31,834 nt of DNA, from positions 1-31,834 of the forward strand of contig JANLSU010000096.1 in the NCBI GenBank assembly GCA_031362565.1. The letters run 5' to 3'. The notes below the pieces were generated by a model. It saw only the letters and a list, made by a program, of their open reading frames with translations, had not been told where the DNA came from and searched no databases. How positions within the stretch are numbered: the first letter of the stretch is position 1; each line of letters begins with the position of its first letter. The DNA is from a bacterium. Its GTDB lineage: Bacteria; Krumholzibacteriota; Krumholzibacteriia; G020349025. The position numbers and the translations under genes were made by a program. Positions 7,757-17,766 of the stretch are shown one piece after another.

Positions 7757-8983
7757 TCAGTGGCCTGAAGCGGTGGATTCGGCGGCGGCTTCGGCGGGAA
7801 CGGGCATCTGCGCCGCGAAGTTCGGCACGACCGTTTCCGCGGCAGCCGGAAACGGTGCCCAGTGGTCGTACGCGGCACGGGCGACGCGGGCAATGCAGCG
7901 TTCGATGCGGCCGTTGCTGCGCCGCGAGCCCTTGACGAACATCGCGATCGCGACGTGGCCGCCGTTTCCCGGCAGCGTGAGGATACCGACATCGTTCAAG
8001 GCCGCGGTGATGCCGTCGGTCGAACTCCAAGTGCCCGTCTTGTGCGCGACACGCACGCCGGCAGGCAGGTAAGCGGGAATCCGCCCCGGTCCGGTTTCGC
8101 ACTGTTCCATCGTGTCGAGCAAGAGCGTCGTGCTGGCGGCACTGAGCGCCGCCCCGGACGAAAGGCGGGCGAGCAGGTCCGTCATCGCGACCGGAGTCGT
8201 GGTGTCGCGCGGATCCAGGAGAAAATCCGCCGCCGCTTGCTTCCGCACCGGGTACGGTGAACCGTTCATGAGTTTCGAGAGCACGGCGGTCGTCCAGGTC
8301 GATTCCGGCGGCGTGCTGGTCAGGCCGTAGTAGTCGAATGCCATCCGGACCTCGGGACGGTCGACGCGCAACTCGCGCGCCCCCAGGTCGTGGACACGCG
8401 CCGTGACCGCGCCCGGCCCGCCGGCCACGCGCAGCAGAAAATCACTGGCGCTGTTATCGCTTTCGGTGAGCATGGCGCGGAAGAGTTCGAGCAGCGTCAT
8501 GCGGCCGCCATTCGGATGGCGCGCCGAGATGCGGCCGCTGCCGGTACGCAAGTCGCTGCGTCGCAAGAGCACGGTGTCGCCGAGCGAGATCTCGCCGGCA
8601 TCGACGCGCTGCAGCAGGCGCAGTGCGATGGCCACTTTGTACGTGCTGGCCATTGGAAATCGCTCGTCGGGAGCCCGGACGACCCGCTCGCCGGTTTCCA
8701 GATGCACGATTGCAACGCCAGCGACGCCACCCGCTTCGGTGGCGGCACGATCGACAATTGCTTCGAGCGTGGCGCGAGTCGTATCGCGTGCAGCGTCGGG
8801 AAAAAGCGCCGCCAGTGCCGTGGACCGAACGTAGGGCGTGGTGCGACTGCGGGTGTAGTGCCGCCGGTGCCGCGTCCGCGCTTCGGCGCTCGGCACGGCC
8901 AAGAGGTCGTGCGCCAGCCAGCCGCACACCAACGCGATGGCTACCCTGCGGATCACGCCGCGCCAACGCTGTCCTTCAGGCAT
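7757..8983 (-). CDS. bla: Class A serine beta-lactamase with enlarged omega loop
   Basis: Signal peptide; ERFPMASTYK (SxxK), SDNSA (SDN), DRPE (Glu166 equivalent), RDTTTP, HKTGT (KTG), NDVGI. Confidence 0.9.
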   Translation of the reverse strand: MPEGQRWRGVIRRVAIALVCGWLAHDLLAVPSAEARTRHRRHYTRSRTTPYVRSTALAALFPDAARDTTRATLEAIVDRAATEAGGVAGVAIVHLETGERVVRAPDERFPMASTYKVAIALRLLQRVDAGEISLGDTVLLRRSDLRTGSGRISARHPNGGRMTLLELFRAMLTESDNSASDFLLRVAGGPGAVTARVHDLGARELRVDRPEVRMAFDYYGLTSTPPESTWTTAVLSKLMNGSPYPVRKQAAADFLLDPRDTTTPVAMTDLLARLSSGAALSAASTTLLLDTMEQCETGPGRIPAYLPAGVRVAHKTGTWSSTDGITAALNDVGILTLPGNGGHVAIAMFVKGSRRSNGRIERCIARVARAAYDHWAPFPAAAETVVPNFAAQMPVPAEAAAESTASGH

Positions 8984-9100
8984 GATCCATCCCTTCCGTG
9001 CAGCCGCTATTCTCGCCGAAGCAAGATCAGGCCCGCAATGCTGGATCGCAAGTCCCAGGCGAACGGACCAGGCCCCGAGGGGGTTCCAGGCGAACGCGAT

Positions 9101-10189
9101 TCAAGCCGCACCCACGGCCCAGGACTGGAGCGGCGAGCGGGCGAAGGCATTCATCTCGATGGACGACGCGGCACCGGCGCGCAGGCGGAACTCACCGACA
9201 CAAGCGATCATGGCCGCGTTGTCGGTGCAAAAGCGCGGCGGCGGCACATGCAGCGTGGCGCCGCTGGGTTCGAGCAACGTGCGGCAGCGCTCGCGGAGCG
9301 CTTGGTTGGCGGCGACGCCGCCCGCCAAGTAGGCGTGCTGCACACCGTGGCGCTCAACCGCGGTCGCCAGTTTCTCGGCGAGCACATCGACAATCGCCGC
9401 TTGGGCGCTCGCCAGGATGTCGTAGGCACGTTGCGGCAGGGCCTCGAGTTCTTCAGGTGTGCGATCGAGATGCGCGCCGGGTTCGCCGATACGGCGCACG
9501 GCCGTGCGTGGCACCAGGTTCTCCCGTTCGAGAAGCAGACGCGTCGCGGTTTTGAGCCCGCTGAAACTAAAGTCGAGCGAACCAGCGTCGAGCCGCGCCC
9601 GCGGCAATGCCACGGCGCGCGCGTCGCCACGGCAGGCCAACTTTTCGAAATTGGGGCCGGCGGGATACGGAATACCGAGCATCTTGCCGATCTTGTCGAA
9701 GGCCTCGCCGGCGGCATCATCGCGCGTATCACCGAGTTCGTCGAACTCGCCGATGCGTGGCATGGCGATCAGCATCGAGTGGCCGCCCGACACGATCAAC
9801 GTCACATTCGGGAAATGCATGTCCGCCACCAGCCAATTGGCCATGATGTGGCCTTCCAGGTGGTGCACGCCTACGAACGGCTTGCCGAGTCCCACGGCAT
9901 AGCCCTTGGCCGCCGACAGGCCGACGAGCAGCGAGCCGAGAAGCCCCGGGCCGGCGGTGGCCGCAATCCCATCGAGATCTTGGGGCCGCACACCGGCGCG
10001 TTCGATCGCCGCCTCGACCACCGGCAGCAGGAACTTGAGGTGCTCGCGCGAGGCGATCTCCGGTACGACCCCGCCGTATTCCTGATGACGCAACTGCGAT
10101 GCCACGACGTTGGAAAGAATGTCGCGCCCATCGCGCAGCACTGCCGCCGCCGTGTCATCGCAGGATGTTTCGATACCGAGTACGAGCAC
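9101..10189 (-). CDS. tsaD: tRNA N6-adenosine threonylcarbamoyltransferase
   Basis: LGIETSCDDT, GGVVPEIASREH, GPGL, HHLEGH, SGGH, DDAAGEAFDK, FSFSGLKT, GGVAAN, CTDNAAMIA. GTG start at 10189 after GGAG. Confidence 0.97.
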   Translation of the reverse strand: MLVLGIETSCDDTAAAVLRDGRDILSNVVASQLRHQEYGGVVPEIASREHLKFLLPVVEAAIERAGVRPQDLDGIAATAGPGLLGSLLVGLSAAKGYAVGLGKPFVGVHHLEGHIMANWLVADMHFPNVTLIVSGGHSMLIAMPRIGEFDELGDTRDDAAGEAFDKIGKMLGIPYPAGPNFEKLACRGDARAVALPRARLDAGSLDFSFSGLKTATRLLLERENLVPRTAVRRIGEPGAHLDRTPEELEALPQRAYDILASAQAAIVDVLAEKLATAVERHGVQHAYLAGGVAANQALRERCRTLLEPSGATLHVPPPRFCTDNAAMIACVGEFRLRAGAASSIEMNAFARSPLQSWAVGAA

Positions 10190-10206
10190 GGGAATCTCCG
10201 GGTGCG
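10091..10206 (-). repeat. Direct repeat copy A: functional tsaD 5' end and RBS (partner at 17815-17926)
   Basis: Aligns codon by codon with 17815-17926, with 8 substitutions in 7 codons and two 3-bp indels in the coding part. Confidence 0.92.
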
Positions 10207-10297
10207 GGGCCCCGATCCTGCGGCGATGGGCGATCACCGAATGGAGCGTCGCCTATTAGGCAATTTCGCGAGGCGCTTTGTCGAACCGTGTCGTCAG

Positions 10298-12034
10298 TCA
10301 GTGTGACACTACAATTCGACGTCTGACCACATGCCCACCCCACGACACCTCGAGCCAGTACACGCCGCCTGGCATGTCACCGCCCGAGGCTGCACGGATA
10401 TCCCAAGTCACTTCGGAAGGCCCTGCCGATATCCTCGCCGGGGCAAGAGACAGCAGCTTGCGTCCCGCGACGTCGTACAAAGAGGCATGGATTGTGGCGG
10501 CGCGCGGTAGGTCGAACCCAAGGTGAAGCATGCGAAGGGTCGGATTCGGATGCGGAATGCCCACTCCACTCGGCATCGCGACATCAGAGAATCCGGCGTC
10601 AGTCGGGATGATTCCTGCGCCGTCAATTCTCTGAGCGTAGATGTCCGTGACTGCTTGGCCCGGCGGGGAATTGCGTGCATCCCGCCAGGCGATGAGCGCG
10701 CCTCCGGCGCCGTCCGAGACAATGGTCGGTTGATCCTGAAGGTTGGGCGCAGTACACACTGCAAGCCCTTGGCTCGGCCATCCAGAGGCAATGCCGCCTG
10801 TGCCTGTCACTCGTTGCGCGTATATACCAAACTCGTCGTACCACGTAATAATGGCGCCGCCCGACCCATCACTGGCGAGGTCCGGGCATCCCTTAAGGGC
10901 CGGCGAAGTGGACACAAGCGTGCCTGGGTTTTGGGGCCATCCGACAGTGGTTTGCGCGAACGAAGAAAGACATTGTGCGTTCAGGTCAGAGACATCTTCA
11001 TTGCACCAGGTGACCAAGAGACCACCGGAGCCGTTCGCGATAGCTCGGGGTTCGCTCTGAGTCCACGAAGAATTGCACACGACCACTCCAGCAGAAGGCC
11101 AACCCGGTGCGGGCTGACCGAGAGCCGTAATCCGCTGCGCGAAGATGTCGCCGACAAACTGCAGCGTCCCGCAGCTGGCGGGTTGGCCAGCCCAGGTGAC
11201 AAACACACCGCCTGAGCTGTCCAGAATCGCTCTTACATCACCCAGCCCACAACTGTCGGGCCCTACGGTCGCCCCAAGAGCTGGCCAGCTCGGGAAGAGC
11301 GTTCCTTGCATCGTCACGTGCTGCAACGCGACTCGTGAAATCTCAGACCAGGCCACAAAGACCCCGGCTTCGTTTGCCGCAATTGCCGGACAACGATTGT
11401 CTCCCGCTTGGCCATCGATGTGCTTGCCGTTCGTTGGCCACCCCGGTGATATGGATGGTCCATTGACAACTCTTTGAACAAATACCTGCGGATTCACACC
11501 GTTTCGCGTGTCGGACCACGCCACGTACAAGCCTCCCGTTCCGTCTGTGGCGATCACAGGGATCGTTTGGTCCCCCGACGCGACACAGACAGGATAGCCG
11601 TCGACGGGCCAGCCAGGCGACACCGCGCCAAGAGCATTGATGTGCTGAGCGTAAACGTCGACGTCTGCTCCTCGCCTGTCACCCCAGGCGATGAATGCCC
11701 CGCCTGCGCCATCTCCACCGATGCACAGCCCGGACGTGACTCCCTGCGCTCCGCTGGCCAAACAGGCCGGTACGCCATTCGCGGGCCAGCCTGGAGCATT
11801 GACGCCGGCTCGAGTCATGCGTTGTACGAACACGTTCCAGTCGCCAGGGCTTCGAGCGTCCGACCACGCGACGAGAACGCCGCCACTGCCATCTGAAGCA
11901 CTCGACGGAAATGCCTGAATTCCCGAGGCAGCGCATACCGAAGTGCCGTTCACCAGCCAGTCGGCTTCTGCAGCATTGACGACCACCAGTGGGTACAACA
12001 CAGAAAACATCTGCGCTAGTCGTCGCAAAAGCAT
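10298..12034 (-). CDS. Secreted repeat (beta-propeller-like) protein with C-terminal FlgD-Ig/T9SS-type-A-like domain
   Basis: Signal peptide; eight roughly 60-aa repeats of the form SDGxGGxxxxW..D(V/I)(Y/F)AQR...GWP..G..VC; tail PHPNP...LYDVAGR...W...GGVYWL. Confidence 0.85.
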   Translation of the reverse strand: MLLRRLAQMFSVLYPLVVVNAAEADWLVNGTSVCAASGIQAFPSSASDGSGGVLVAWSDARSPGDWNVFVQRMTRAGVNAPGWPANGVPACLASGAQGVTSGLCIGGDGAGGAFIAWGDRRGADVDVYAQHINALGAVSPGWPVDGYPVCVASGDQTIPVIATDGTGGLYVAWSDTRNGVNPQVFVQRVVNGPSISPGWPTNGKHIDGQAGDNRCPAIAANEAGVFVAWSEISRVALQHVTMQGTLFPSWPALGATVGPDSCGLGDVRAILDSSGGVFVTWAGQPASCGTLQFVGDIFAQRITALGQPAPGWPSAGVVVCNSSWTQSEPRAIANGSGGLLVTWCNEDVSDLNAQCLSSFAQTTVGWPQNPGTLVSTSPALKGCPDLASDGSGGAIITWYDEFGIYAQRVTGTGGIASGWPSQGLAVCTAPNLQDQPTIVSDGAGGALIAWRDARNSPPGQAVTDIYAQRIDGAGIIPTDAGFSDVAMPSGVGIPHPNPTLRMLHLGFDLPRAATIHASLYDVAGRKLLSLAPARISAGPSEVTWDIRAASGGDMPGGVYWLEVSWGGHVVRRRIVVSH

Positions 12035-12071
12035 GATTCAGACCTCCGTCGCTTCACGCCGGTTGCGCATT

Positions 12072-12920
12072 TCATTTGTCGAGCACTAGTTTCTGCGTGA
12101 GGCTTGTCGCGTCCACGACCAGTCTCACAACATAAATGCCCCGCGCCACGGCAAAACCGCGATCACTTCGCCCGTCCCAATCAAGCGTGTGAACACCTGG
12201 GATAAATACGCCGCTTTCGAGCGTTGCAACACGTCGTCCGCCAACGTCGAAGATCACAACAGACCCCCAGCCTTGAGTTGGGACTCCGAATGTAATGCGA
12301 AGCACCGTTCCTCCGCGCTGTTGGCGCACTTTGAGAAAACTCTTGAGCGGCGCATCGTCACTGCCGGACGACGCGACCGCCTTGCTCGCGGGGGTTCGGA
12401 CGCTCTCGGCTGTGATCACGCTCACGTCTAAGGCAACTTCAATCGCTACCAATTCTCCCGCAGTTCCGCTTGCCCCGAAGCTATCGCCCGATTGCATCGC
12501 GGAGGCAATCACTCCCGCCCCGTCGCCCGGAGCGCGCTTGATGTCCCCGCTCGGCATCCGTATTGCGATGTAGTAGTCTCCTGGTACTTCTAACAGCACC
12601 GGTGCGGTCCACATTGCATGAACTGCCCCATCATCACCCCGACGGACGTTCACAACCCTCGCGAATTCTGTTCTGCCTCTTAGGTTGCCTCCATCCAGCG
12701 ATAGCAAGGACACCTCAGGAAAAATCGTTCTCGCGTCGTTCGTCCCAAACTGCGCCCCCAGAACCATGATCGGCTGATCCACACGGAAGCGTTTCAGAAG
12801 GACTCCGCTTCCGTCAGCCGGCCTGATCGCGACTGCGAAATCGTCCGCCAAGACGCCGACTGCACCGAGCACTATCGCGAGGCATGCCAAGACCGATGAG
12901 CTAAATCTGCGCGGTTGCAT
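12072..12920 (-). CDS. Secreted protein with C-terminal FlgD Ig-like sorting domain
   Basis: Signal peptide; tail IFDVGGRRVATL...GVHTLDWDGRSDRG..VARGIYVVRL...QKLVL; GAGG ribosome-binding site. Confidence 0.85.
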   Translation of the reverse strand: MQPRRFSSSVLACLAIVLGAVGVLADDFAVAIRPADGSGVLLKRFRVDQPIMVLGAQFGTNDARTIFPEVSLLSLDGGNLRGRTEFARVVNVRRGDDGAVHAMWTAPVLLEVPGDYYIAIRMPSGDIKRAPGDGAGVIASAMQSGDSFGASGTAGELVAIEVALDVSVITAESVRTPASKAVASSGSDDAPLKSFLKVRQQRGGTVLRITFGVPTQGWGSVVIFDVGGRRVATLESGVFIPGVHTLDWDGRSDRGFAVARGIYVVRLVVDATSLTQKLVLDK

Positions 12921-12932
12921 TGAACCTCATTT

Positions 12933-15900
12933 CTAGTCCACACAGAACTGGACCTTGAAGGTTTTTGTGTAGCTCGTGCTGATCGACAGCGCGTCTCCCG
13001 GAGAATAACGGGGTCGCTTGCTTCGAACGTAGTAGGTCCAGGTTTGGTTCGGTGCGCACTGCCCCGTGTACGAAAGTGAATGCGTAACTCCCGATGGGTC
13101 GGATGGCGTACCAGATACGCTGATGGGCGAGCCCCCGGGAGGCGTAAGTACGAGCACATCACCATCGACTGCTTTCGCCGTGGTCTTCCATGTAACGGTA
13201 ACGGTGAATGTTCCGACGCCGTAGGACAGCGAGTGACTGAGCGAAGAGCTCTTGAGCTCCCAGACTGCGACGAACGGGGCCTTCGATGGGCGGCCGAGGT
13301 TGTTGATCACAAAGAGCATGTAGAAGCCCGGTGGCGCTTGATTTGATATTGGCATCTGCGAGGACGCAACTGTCAACGGCGATCCATCCACAAAGGTTAG
13401 TGGAATGTAGCGTTGTTCCATGTCGGTGGATCTGGTGGTTGAACCTGGCCTGACGAGGGCAACCTTCGTTATCGACACAGCGCCAGATCCGACGCTGCGC
13501 CCGAATGACAGCCCCTCTCCGTACGCAGCGCTAAGCGGAACGTTTCCCGTTATCGCTGGGCGATCGGCGTCAGCGATCGACGAGTTGTCCGCTCTGAATA
13601 GGTATGGGGGGCTAAAAAAATCTCCGTTAGCACAGAACTGATCTGGGAAACCTGGGCAGCGTGAGAAATCGTCGAGACTCTGTCCGCCAGCGACCAGCAC
13701 GCGGCCGTCAGGAACCAGAACCGCGCTTGAATGGTACATCCTTGGGGTCGGGGGGGCACGGTGAGACATCGGGCCGAGCTTCGTCCAGCCTGTGCTCGCT
13801 CGCCAAAGCTCGGTGTCATAAACACCCCTGAAATACTGATCGTTCGCACGCTCTTCTACGGCACTCCCACCAACCGCAACCACGGACCCGTCTGGAAGAA
13901 CGACCAGCTGATGTTCTGCTCTTCGCACGCACATGTCGGCTTCTGCGGCAACGCTCAACGACCCAGTGGTTAGATCGATCGTGGTTGTTTCCGCCTTCTT
14001 CGAAGAGTTCCCGCCGCCGGTTGGGGTTCCACCGGACTTGAGGACTCGACCCTTGTCGAAAATCGCCATGGCCCCTCCACGCACCGCGTATGTGCCGACG
14101 CTCGCGTTCCAGGTCGGGTTGCTTGCCGCGAGGTCGCCAAGGCGTTGTGCCGTTTGAAGTACGCCGAAGGGTGGCTCGACGGCATTTGCTCCAGAGCCCG
14201 GACCCAGATACACGACGCGACTACCGTTGGGGCTGGGATCTAGAACCATGAATGGCGCAAGCGAGAGATCCGTTTTTTGCGCGGAGGAAACGCTAGACCA
14301 CTGTCCAGAGTAGACCACCGGGAGATTTGCCAACAGGGAGGCGTGCTGCCAGCCACTTGTGACCAGAACCCGCCCGTCTGCCAGGGTCGTAGCGGCTGGA
14401 TGCCAGCGCGCCTGCGGGCCCAGTGGCGCAGCGACCCAACCGCATTCTGTACCACACGGGGCCTGAGGGTCGAAGATGGTCGATCGCGCTGTGCCCACAG
14501 GGGAGTTCGGTGGCGGAGAAAAGGGACTGAATTCGCCGCCAATGATTAGTATTCGCCCGTCGCTGAGCGTGACATGGCCGCTGTTCATGAGCGTCGAATC
14601 GATGGGAGTGGAGGAGACTGGAACTCCAACCTGGGTTACCGGGTCCCAATGGTAAGCTCTGGCCACGCCGTTCGTCCTTCCCCAGAGCAGAACCTTTCCG
14701 GCATTTGTGAGGACCATATGCACCGCGGTGATTCCGTTGGGCCAGTTGCTGGTTGGCACGGCCTCCCACTTCCCGCAGTTCGCAAACGAGGTCTTTGGGT
14801 CGCCACAGGTAGCACACGCACTCACCGTAACGTTGGCCCACCAAGTGCCCCAATTTCGATTGATGATGTCTGTTCTGGCATAAAGATGTGCAACCCAGAA
14901 GCTGTTGTCCGTTGGATCGGCCGAGACCACCGCGTAGTCGCCCCAATGTGGCGAAAAATCGGCAGCGGTCTCGCTCTGTTTCAAAACCGCGAGTGGCCCA
15001 AAACTCGGAGCGGTCGCATCGCGCGCTGCGAAAACGATGCGTGGGCACATCGAGGTTGAACTCTGAGTGAAAGTGATGCCAATGGTTCCTTCTGAGTTTC
15101 CGCCGATCGCTGGGAGATGACTGAATACGCCCGATCCTCCATCAAATCCCCCGGACTCCGCCAGTGTGGGGGTTCCAGTTGGAAATCCATTCGTGTTCAC
15201 CTTATAGTAAAATACGATCGAACGACCCGAGCTGGCACCTGCTGTGTGACAAAACCATAAGGCGCCGTTATACCACAGCGCTTGGTTCTGAGCCCGAATA
15301 TAAACTGGCCGAAGCCTCCCATCCCCCACCGTACACTGCGGAACCCAGCCAGCTTGAGAGACGTCACCGCCGCCATTGTTCGGGACCGTCAGGGTCGCTG
15401 ACGTAAGAGTCGCCGTCCCCAGCGGATCGCTGAGGGCCCAGATCCGGACCTTGTCGGACGCGGTCCACAGCACCTCTGCGAAGTACTCTACACTCGGGTT
15501 TCCGTTTAAAATGACCGAAGGCTGTAGAGTATAACCGCCCGACACACTGGGCGGAGTGTATCGAATTGTCGGAGACAGTGTCGCCGCACCGATTTGTGAT
15601 TTTGGGATAACGAGAATTTCGCAGCGTTTGAATGGCTCCACCAACGGAAACGGATACAAGTTGACCGTCAAGTAGATCGCCTGCGAATCAAACCCGATCT
15701 TCGGGAAGTCACCGAGATAGGGCAAGCCGTTCTCACAATATGTAGCCTCTACCCGGTAGAACCACCAGTCGCTCGACGTGGTTGTGGACGGGTCCGAGGT
15801 CTTCGACGCGGCCAGATAGATGTAAGACCTCGCGCGGGACGAGCTACTGCAGTCATTGACCGAACCCGGGTTCTCGATAACGGTGACGTAGAAGCGTGAC

Positions 15901-16304
15901 GTCGAAGGGTCGTAGAGGGCCATCGGATCAAACAAGCCACTCAATGCGCCGACGGACGAGAAAAAACTGATCAAGGAGACCGGAGATCCCCACTTCTCAA
16001 AACCGTTCTTCGAATAGTAGTCGATTCGACGATTCACCACTGCAATGATACCACCTGGCCCCACTGCGCCATGGGTATCAGGCGGACGCAGCGGACCATC
16101 CGACTTCATGCCATCAAAAGCGATATTCACGGTTGAGCTTGGTGCATTGGGTAAGCTCAGAATTCCCTGCGGCTGAATAGTGGTGGTCGCCGCGGAGTCC
16201 GGTTCAATCGGCCCGTCCTCTTCGTCCTCCGCGCTAGCGGGATTGCCGAGCGGGCCGATCACCAACAATTGAATCGCAATAACAGTCGCTGCCAGTCGAA
16301 ACAT
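12933..16304 (-). CDS. Secreted multidomain protein: N-terminal propeller-like domain, galactose/glyoxal oxidase-like kelch domain and DUF1929 Ig domain
   Basis: ATG 16304 after GGAGGT; signal peptide; PPDTHGAVGP...FDP...DFPK...WGDY domain; kelch repeats LxDGR; PRMYHSSAVLVPDGRVLVAGG; FSPPYLF; APPGFYMLFV. Confidence 0.88.
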   Translation of the reverse strand: MFRLAATVIAIQLLVIGPLGNPASAEDEEDGPIEPDSAATTTIQPQGILSLPNAPSSTVNIAFDGMKSDGPLRPPDTHGAVGPGGIIAVVNRRIDYYSKNGFEKWGSPVSLISFFSSVGALSGLFDPMALYDPSTSRFYVTVIENPGSVNDCSSSSRARSYIYLAASKTSDPSTTTSSDWWFYRVEATYCENGLPYLGDFPKIGFDSQAIYLTVNLYPFPLVEPFKRCEILVIPKSQIGAATLSPTIRYTPPSVSGGYTLQPSVILNGNPSVEYFAEVLWTASDKVRIWALSDPLGTATLTSATLTVPNNGGGDVSQAGWVPQCTVGDGRLRPVYIRAQNQALWYNGALWFCHTAGASSGRSIVFYYKVNTNGFPTGTPTLAESGGFDGGSGVFSHLPAIGGNSEGTIGITFTQSSTSMCPRIVFAARDATAPSFGPLAVLKQSETAADFSPHWGDYAVVSADPTDNSFWVAHLYARTDIINRNWGTWWANVTVSACATCGDPKTSFANCGKWEAVPTSNWPNGITAVHMVLTNAGKVLLWGRTNGVARAYHWDPVTQVGVPVSSTPIDSTLMNSGHVTLSDGRILIIGGEFSPFSPPPNSPVGTARSTIFDPQAPCGTECGWVAAPLGPQARWHPAATTLADGRVLVTSGWQHASLLANLPVVYSGQWSSVSSAQKTDLSLAPFMVLDPSPNGSRVVYLGPGSGANAVEPPFGVLQTAQRLGDLAASNPTWNASVGTYAVRGGAMAIFDKGRVLKSGGTPTGGGNSSKKAETTTIDLTTGSLSVAAEADMCVRRAEHQLVVLPDGSVVAVGGSAVEERANDQYFRGVYDTELWRASTGWTKLGPMSHRAPPTPRMYHSSAVLVPDGRVLVAGGQSLDDFSRCPGFPDQFCANGDFFSPPYLFRADNSSIADADRPAITGNVPLSAAYGEGLSFGRSVGSGAVSITKVALVRPGSTTRSTDMEQRYIPLTFVDGSPLTVASSQMPISNQAPPGFYMLFVINNLGRPSKAPFVAVWELKSSSLSHSLSYGVGTFTVTVTWKTTAKAVDGDVLVLTPPGGSPISVSGTPSDPSGVTHSLSYTGQCAPNQTWTYYVRSKRPRYSPGDALSISTSYTKTFKVQFCVD

Positions 16305-16308
16305 GAGG

Positions 16309-17679
16309 CTACCTCCCGAATATCCGCTTAACATCGCTCCAGTGGTGGAGAACGACAGAGGTCGAACCGCAGCCGACAGACCCCGTACCAATCGCACCGC
16401 ACTCGATTCCAGCGGGATGTCTACCTGCAGCACAAGGCGAATCTGCCGAAATGTCAAGATTTCTGGACGCGACCGGATCGGCCGAGCAGAATAGGGGATC
16501 GCTTGCAAAATTGCCTTCCACGGTCGTACCGCAAAGAGGTTGCGCTACCGAGGCGGGGTACGTACAACAGCAGCTGAAGGCAATCTTTCCGCCGCAAGGT
16601 GGTCCCTCACTGTCAGCGATGATGCATGAGGTCACCACATCGCCTCCGGGGAGCCAAAGCGTAGCAACCTGCGCCATAGCGCCCCCGCTGTTGGTGTTCG
16701 CCTGATTTTGAAGAAACGTGCTGTGGCTAATACTCACAGCCGCAATCTCACTCCCAGCGATGGCTCCGCCCAGGGCCGGGAATCCGGAACTAACGACTGA
16801 GTTTTCGATGAACGCGCAGCTATCGACCGTTAGGCCTGATGATGCATACAAGCCACCACCAGTACCGCCGCCAAACCCATAGGCGATCGCAGAGTTTTCG
16901 ACAAACGTCGTCCTAGTCACCGTCCCACCGGCCTTGCGGACTCCCCCTCCTGAGGCCCCTGAGAATCCACGCGCCGTATTCCTCTCAATCCAGCAATTCT
17001 CAACAGTTCCTCCGTTCATCAAAACACCTCCTCCGAACGCACCATCACCCGACACCGTGTTCCCAACAATCCGACAATGAATAAGATTTCCACCTTCCAT
17101 GTAGACGCCACCGCCAGCCGCATCGTAGGCTCCGAAATTGTCGAGCACACTGCTGGCGGCGATAGTGCTTCCGAGATCCGTGCACGCGATCGCCCCACCG
17201 CGATTGCCATTGTGTACGGCGTTGTTCCGGAGGATGCATTCATCAACGCGGAGACGGCTAGCACCCGTGGAATAAATCCCCCCGCCGGACCCATGAGGCG
17301 AAGGTGCGAGACGCAGGTTTCCATGGACAATCGTCAGACCGCGAATCAAGACCGTGCCCACATCATGACATCGGATAACTCGGCCGCGGTATTCCGCGTC
17401 GACTAGGGTTGATTCCGCTCCCGCCGAACCGATTAGATTGACATCTCGCTTCATGACCAGCATGGATTCCCCGGTTGCTCGTTCCGTCGTCCAAGAATAT
17501 TCCCCTGGCCTCAAGATCACGGAATCGCCTGCGGTTGCTGAGTCGAGTGCAGCGCGAACCGTTGGCGCGTCACCGGTGCGGTCGGGCTTGACGTACCATG
17601 AGCGTGCGTTGCAGGCGTTGGAATCCATGCAAACGAGCGAGAGAGAAAACAGGTTGGAAATGATCTTGTGGCGGTTCAT
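16309..17679 (-). CDS. Secreted right-handed parallel beta-helix repeat protein
   Basis: Signal peptide; VKPDRTGDAPT..AALD, GD.V...PG.Y, repeated N.A..GGG/GGAI, DPLFC...SPC; ends with WSDVKRIFGR. Confidence 0.88.
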   Translation of the reverse strand: MNRHKIISNLFSLSLVCMDSNACNARSWYVKPDRTGDAPTVRAALDSATAGDSVILRPGEYSWTTERATGESMLVMKRDVNLIGSAGAESTLVDAEYRGRVIRCHDVGTVLIRGLTIVHGNLRLAPSPHGSGGGIYSTGASRLRVDECILRNNAVHNGNRGGAIACTDLGSTIAASSVLDNFGAYDAAGGGVYMEGGNLIHCRIVGNTVSGDGAFGGGVLMNGGTVENCWIERNTARGFSGASGGGVRKAGGTVTRTTFVENSAIAYGFGGGTGGGLYASSGLTVDSCAFIENSVVSSGFPALGGAIAGSEIAAVSISHSTFLQNQANTNSGGAMAQVATLWLPGGDVVTSCIIADSEGPPCGGKIAFSCCCTYPASVAQPLCGTTVEGNFASDPLFCSADPVASRNLDISADSPCAAGRHPAGIECGAIGTGSVGCGSTSVVLHHWSDVKRIFGR

Positions 17680-17766
17680 ACCGCAGCCTCTTCACTAACA
17701 ATGACGCAGGGCGGCGCCGTCTGGCGACCGCAACCGTCAAATCAACCAAACTACTCACGCAGGGTA

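Noticed and set aside
6199..7992. 597-aa minus-strand alternative-frame ORF (likewise 18504-20087)
   Set aside because: Arg/Pro/Ala-rich off-frame translation overlapping well-supported genes.
8390..10306. 638-aa plus-strand ORF
   Set aside because: Antisense shadow of tsaD and bla, expected in high-GC DNA; no recognisable motifs.
16305..16508. Apparent 200-bp overlap between the oxidase-like and beta-helix genes
   Set aside because: It disappears when the ATG at 16304, which has a GGAGGT RBS and signal peptide, is used.
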